Assembly (NCBI GenBank): GCA_965207885.1
Contig: OZ242311.1
Coordinates: 1,824,001-1,888,000, forward strand
Source: Candidatus Latescibacterota bacterium
GTDB taxonomy: Bacteria; Latescibacterota; UBA2968
Direction of reading: 5' to 3'
DNA: 64,000 nt
The notes beneath the pieces are model-generated. The model ran no database searches, was not told where the DNA came from, and worked only from the letters and a program-made list of their open reading frames with translations. Positions 59,699 through 64,000 of this stretch are shown piece after piece. Position numbers and translations under genes: made by a program. How positions within the stretch are numbered: the first letter of the stretch is position 1; each line of letters starts with the position of its first letter.

Positions 59699-59960
59699 GT
59701 CAAATGTTGTGGATGGGTAGGAGCGCATCCGTGATGATTATTATGCAGCCAACTTGAGTTCTCTGTCTTCGAATTTCATGCCTTCAATCTCTAGGGAAAT
59801 GAGCCTGTAACTACGTAACCTCAGCCAGCTTTTTTCAGCTTCAATCGCCAGTTTATACACCATCGCCACCGTATAAAATCATTACGGTGCAGGCTATCGC
59901 CGCCTCGACCGACCCTCGGCCTTTGGTCTGCCGCGTGCGATGCTGTACGGTGGCAAAGGT
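59699..59960 (-). pseudogene. IS256-family transposase 3' remnant with terminal repeat
   Basis: Minus strand reads TFATVQHRTRQTKGRGS and MVYKLAIEAEKSWLRL..IEGMKFED; followed by tccacaacatttgac, which continues as aatatctc at 58435-58442. Confidence 0.75.
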
Positions 59961-60105
59961 CTATGGACTACTATGCAGTTGTACACCTCTGCAAAATTTT
60001 GGAATACATCTCGCACAGATAAACTCGTTGTCAAAGAGATGATTAGTTCTCCTTTATCAACGAATTAGATGGGGAGACCTAAGAGAATAGAAGGTTAGTA
60101 TTTGG

Positions 60106-61596
60106 TTAGTTGATCACAATTATTTGATCACGCCACTTAGAATTCTCATAGTTTTCCAGACATTCGGTAATCAATGCTGCTTCTGGATAATTGATGAGTA
60201 TTTCGAGAGTCTTTTCTATATCCTGTGAAAAAAAAGGTCGTTTAGCTTCGGAGTTTTTTAGCTTTATATGCAAAAAATTTATCAGTTCGTCTTTCTTCTC
60301 ATGTTTTGAAAGAATGCGCATTATCTTATCAAGCCGTTCAATTTTGAGACGAAACTTGTAATCATCATCCAAAAAGCATTCCAATAACGCACCTCTCAAC
60401 ATGTCGTCAGGCCAAGCATCAGGTTCTGCAATCCACCAGTCAAGAAACCTAATAGCGTAGTTTGAGTCTCCATTAGCTGCCTGCAAAATATTACGACCAA
60501 GTATTTCGGCTTGATCAGCCTCCAAGTTTCCTAAGTTATTCTCTCCATTTTGCATTATTAGTTGCATCGCTGGATTTTGGGTGTACCAATCACGAGATTT
60601 CAAATCTTCTATAATCTTGTCAAAGCATGTCGATATTTGCAAACCCGACGCCATCAATGTTTCGATTCTAGTTTTCCCAATAGCCTCTTGAAATCTGTCT
60701 TTCTGTCTATCGTTAAGTGCATCCGCATCGTACAGACACTCCAAATCACTTAGGCCAGATGGTATATTTGAGCTACCTATTAGGCGTGCGACGATACTAT
60801 CTTGTGCTCTCTGCCCAATTTCTTTGAATAACTCCGGGCGATTTGCAAGTATCAAGCACAAAATTTGCGGATGTTTTATAACGAGATTATGCCACTGCTC
60901 TACATTGAAAATTCCACAACCTACGAGTTCTAAAAATCTGCGAAGAAACCAAGTGGCCCTATTCGTAAGTAATTCGAGACTCACGTCGGTGGCGACAGGC
61001 TCAATTTCCTTCATGTACTTTTCTACAAAATAACCATAAACATCTTTATCGAGCTTTGGTGTAATGCTTTCTACGTATCTGCTGACAGTAGGTTCGTGAT
61101 TGTCGAGATAGGAGCTTTTCATTAGATTCTCAATCAACGAAGATACATAGCCCTCTTTTAAAGTGGTAGGTTTAGATAGCACATTCTCGACTACTGTGCA
61201 GGCAGCATGTCCGACTTCTTCCTCAGAGGGAGCTTCTTCATAAGGATGCCCGAAGATACAACGCATTTCGTATATATGTTCTAATTTTTGGTGCGCAATA
61301 TCAGATACAAAACCATAGTCTCGAGCTTTAACGAGAATGAATTTATCGATACTCTGGTGTTTTTTTTCTTGTTCTTCGAATTCACTAACAATTTTTGCGG
61401 CAATGTGATCTCTGAGGGCAGCTTCTCGAAATTTACGTTTAAGAGATTCCAAACACGAAAGCCATAATAGAATGTAGGCCCCTCTGAGTGCTCCAACTCG
61501 TGCAGATTCAACAGCCTCATCAAAGAGTGGTTTGTCATTATCCGCAAGTACTCTGTTTTGATATTCAGATAAATCTGTCCTGTTCTCGTTATTCAT
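60106..61596 (-). CDS. Hypothetical protein with N-terminal HEPN-like domain
   Basis: FDEAV...GALRGAY...W...E helix and RCIFGH (R-x4-H) motif; helical C-terminus. Confidence 0.6.
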   Translation of the reverse strand: MNNENRTDLSEYQNRVLADNDKPLFDEAVESARVGALRGAYILLWLSCLESLKRKFREAALRDHIAAKIVSEFEEQEKKHQSIDKFILVKARDYGFVSDIAHQKLEHIYEMRCIFGHPYEEAPSEEEVGHAACTVVENVLSKPTTLKEGYVSSLIENLMKSSYLDNHEPTVSRYVESITPKLDKDVYGYFVEKYMKEIEPVATDVSLELLTNRATWFLRRFLELVGCGIFNVEQWHNLVIKHPQILCLILANRPELFKEIGQRAQDSIVARLIGSSNIPSGLSDLECLYDADALNDRQKDRFQEAIGKTRIETLMASGLQISTCFDKIIEDLKSRDWYTQNPAMQLIMQNGENNLGNLEADQAEILGRNILQAANGDSNYAIRFLDWWIAEPDAWPDDMLRGALLECFLDDDYKFRLKIERLDKIMRILSKHEKKDELINFLHIKLKNSEAKRPFFSQDIEKTLEILINYPEAALITECLENYENSKWRDQIIVIN

Positions 61597-61673
61597 TTGG
61601 CTCCTCTCCTGGCGGACATCCCTCTTCGGCGTTTTATTTTTTTACCAGCTATTGGTAATTAAAATTAAATAGA

Positions 61674-61734
61674 CTGCGGGATGGGAGGACCGGTCCCTGA
61701 GTCTTCTGGAAGAATCCAGAAGAACATCCCGCAG
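61674..61734. other. Branched hairpin element
   Basis: Outer arms ctgcgggatg/catcccgcag enclosing ggaccggtcc and cttctgg/ccagaag. Confidence 0.55.
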
Positions 61735-61769
61735 CCGTTGGACTTTTCCTCAGGTTGTATCCATTACAT

Positions 61770-62126
61770 CTAAAGCGGAATAATCCCAAACGCTTTTTTC
61801 CGAAATGTAGTTGGAGTATCGCCATACTTCTCTTTGAAAATCTTGCTAAATGTCGATAAAGATGTAAACCCACACATATAAGCAATTTCTGTAATAGAAT
61901 ATGGTGTGTTCTTCATCGCTTCTCTGGCCTTTGCCAGGCGTACATTCTGAAGGCACGTCCCGAATGGTGCGCCCAGGTGTTTTTTGAACAATGCGTAACC
62001 ATGCGATTTAGAAAATCGAAAATAGCGCATGACGTCTTCAAATTTTAGATCTGGATTGCTGTAATGATTCTCCAAAAACGATTCCAATGCGATCTTACAT
62101 ATATCTTGCATCTGCTTGTCCATCAA
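61770..62126 (-). CDS. Stand-alone AraC-type HTH protein
   Basis: FKK..G..F...L...RL.KA, SITEIAY.CGF.S.S.FSK.FK..YG.TP..FR. Confidence 0.92.
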   Translation of the reverse strand: MMDKQMQDICKIALESFLENHYSNPDLKFEDVMRYFRFSKSHGYALFKKHLGAPFGTCLQNVRLAKAREAMKNTPYSITEIAYMCGFTSLSTFSKIFKEKYGDTPTTFRKKAFGIIPL

Positions 62127-62191
62127 TTCTCTCGCAGAAATGGTTTTAGATCAAAGAGAAAGTCTTGATTCAAATAGTCTAAATGTTATCC

Positions 62192-63100
62192 TTAATGTGA
62201 AAACTGAGCGTCTCGAAAAAACGTATTGACGATTGTCATATAACAGGCATTCTGTTTTCTTTTTTTCTTTTCTGGTGAGAGTGCGGAATTCCGATCCCTG
62301 AACTCTTGGATGCGCTCAGGCGTAACCCCATAGATATTCCGAATGGTATTGAACAGACCAATCAGATCTGTCTCACAGCAACTATTCGCTTTAGCCAGCG
62401 CGCTCAAATACACATCATCAACATGGGATAATGCCTTTGTAATACGGGAGCGCGTTTCGCTGACAGACTGAACATCCGAAAGTCTGGCAGGCGCATTCCA
62501 ACACGGTGTCACGGATCTGACCTTACGCAGCACTGCCAGATGGTGGTCCTCGCGGATAACCTCCACTGCAAAATTACCGGGATAGACGGATAGCCAGTTC
62601 TCGACAATTTGCTTCTCAAATCGCCTTCTGAAATCGTCCAGAATGACCAGACCACCAATCTTAATCTGATCATAAACCTGATAAAGGCATGCCTCTCGAC
62701 CTCGCAAGGTATAGACCGGCGGACCATCAATAATCACGCAATCTATCTCTTCCTCCCAAAATATCCCATCTTCATAAGTCAAAAATTCCGCATTTCCATA
62801 AGATTCAAGAGTAATCGGACGATATCTGATCGACAGATTGCGCTTATCCCAGAATGTTTGCATCAAACTCGTGGTCTCTGCAAAATTCCGCCAATCGCCT
62901 TCCATAGACAGAACCTCGGCTTCCGAAAACGCCATCGCCAGACGGATAGAACTCGGACCACTTCCAAACTCGAGAATTCTTTCTACTGGGGACATCTGAA
63001 GAAGCGTGGTTGTAATTCTCTTAAACGCCGTCTCACCAATGCTCCAGCCCGCGTCCAGATTAAGCCGATCCGGTATTTTGAGGTCTGAAATTTTATGCAT
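62192..63100 (-). CDS. Class I methyltransferase-fold protein
   Basis: GWSI, ILEFGSG.S, IIDGPP, GG.VILDD..R. Confidence 0.8.
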   Translation of the reverse strand: MHKISDLKIPDRLNLDAGWSIGETAFKRITTTLLQMSPVERILEFGSGPSSIRLAMAFSEAEVLSMEGDWRNFAETTSLMQTFWDKRNLSIRYRPITLESYGNAEFLTYEDGIFWEEEIDCVIIDGPPVYTLRGREACLYQVYDQIKIGGLVILDDFRRRFEKQIVENWLSVYPGNFAVEVIREDHHLAVLRKVRSVTPCWNAPARLSDVQSVSETRSRITKALSHVDDVYLSALAKANSCCETDLIGLFNTIRNIYGVTPERIQEFRDRNSALSPEKKKRKQNACYMTIVNTFFRDAQFSH

Positions 63101-63136
63101 TTCTCACTTATCTCGGATTACTTTGGCATGCGCGTG

Positions 63137-63196
63137 GCGGCTTTAAGCATACAGGCATGACAAGGTGTCACGCCTATATGCCTGAAGCAGGCGTCC
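63137..63196. repeat. Paired palindromic element related to 37223-37297
   Basis: gtcacgcctatatgcctgaagcaggcgtcc vs gtcacgcctgcatgttttaagcaggcgtcc. Confidence 0.7.
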
Positions 63197-63248
63197 CGGG
63201 TCGGAGGGAATATCAGGAGGCCTGTTCTGATCCTGCTCCGCCAGTGGT

Positions 63249-64000
63249 TTATGAAGCCACTTCCAGATCATATCGCCGCTGCAACAAAGACGCATCGACT
63301 TCTGCAATCTCCATACACATCTCCATCGCCAGTTCATAGCGATAGCGCGTCTGTTCGCAAGCAACAGGGTTGGGATACATCGGGTCACCCGTTGTCGTTC
63401 GCGCCTCCCAAAGACATCCGCCACCACACAAGTTGCGCGCCCAGCACGTCTTGCACTCAGGACGATTATTCACATTGAACTGCGCGTCAAAATACTGCTG
63501 CTTTTCGCGATCAATACCCGCAAACACATCACCCATCTTAAACTCGGGCGCATCGGCCAAACTCGAACAAAAATAAATCGACCCATCTGCTGCAATCGCC
63601 AAATACTGCTTGCCACCGAGACATCCATGACAGGATTTTTGGCGCGTCAACAGTTTTTGAATCCGCGGATCAAACTCCTCATGCTCTTCACCGCTTAAAA
63701 TAGCTTTGAGCGCACGCCTACTCCGCCTGTAAATTTGTTCCTTCAACGCGGGTATGTGTTCTTCCCCAATCGCATAGGGCGCATCCGGTGAAACAACAGC
63801 CGGACCAACAAGCGCGTTATCGGTACCCAGAGAACGCAACGCATCGGCAATCTGATCCTCGTCCATATCATAAGCTGTCATAACAGCCTGCAAATACACC
63901 CTCTCGGGAACCTCAGCAGTCAGTTTCTGTACATTCTGTGCCACAACATCATAAGTGCCAGAACCATTGTGAAACTTGCGAATGCGATCCTGTGTTTTAC
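63249..64000 (-). CDS. Radical SAM protein with SPASM domain (5' part outside window)
   Basis: QDRIRKFHNGSGTYD core motif; GC.GG...I.ADG.IY.C and CKTCWARNLCGGGC...C SPASM cysteines. Confidence 0.88.
   Translation of the reverse strand, partial: KTQDRIRKFHNGSGTYDVVAQNVQKLTAEVPERVYLQAVMTAYDMDEDQIADALRSLGTDNALVGPAVVSPDAPYAIGEEHIPALKEQIYRRSRRALKAILSGEEHEEFDPRIQKLLTRQKSCHGCLGGKQYLAIAADGSIYFCSSLADAPEFKMGDVFAGIDREKQQYFDAQFNVNNRPECKTCWARNLCGGGCLWEARTTTGDPMYPNPVACEQTRYRYELAMEMCMEIAEVDASLLQRRYDLEVAS

Noticed and set aside
1-64000. CRISPR array, tRNA, rRNA, reverse transcriptase or integrase
   Set aside because: No regularly spaced repeat-spacer run, cloverleaf, rRNA motif, YxDD RT or tyrosine/serine recombinase motif was recognised.

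Overview
Bacterial genomic window with no rRNA, tRNA or CRISPR array detected. Gene content (orphan MacB-type permeases, TPR+GWxTD-like protein, DUF6785-type membrane protein, many PhyH dioxygenases and sulfatases) suggests a Latescibacterota/Poribacteria-like marine or host-associated lineage (inference). Four zones: (1) 1-6.7 kb, a co-oriented run of small-molecule-modifying enzymes and gene fragments punctuated by two pairs of short direct repeats; (2) 6.7-15.5 kb, three tandem ~800-aa MacB/FtsX ABC permeases behind a sigma54-type promoter, the third interrupted by an IS4-family element with a 9-bp target duplication; (3) 15.5-51.4 kb, a large mostly + strand catabolic locus with 9 PhyH-family Fe/2OG genes (10 domains, three with a halogenase-like HxG motif), 4 Cys-type sulfatases, GH29 and GH151-like fucosidases, an atypical GH32, a heparinase II/III-like protein, an arylsulfotransferase, a dehydratase and a TPP enzyme; (4) 51.3-64 kb, an accessory region in which the 3' end plus terminator of the TPP gene occurs three times as diverged copies, each followed by different cargo (PIN TA pair, GWxTD-like protein, repeat-rich membrane protein), then IS3/IS256 elements, a HEPN-motif protein and the end of a radical SAM-SPASM/methyltransferase/AraC cluster. 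All calls come from reading motifs by eye; no database searches were run.
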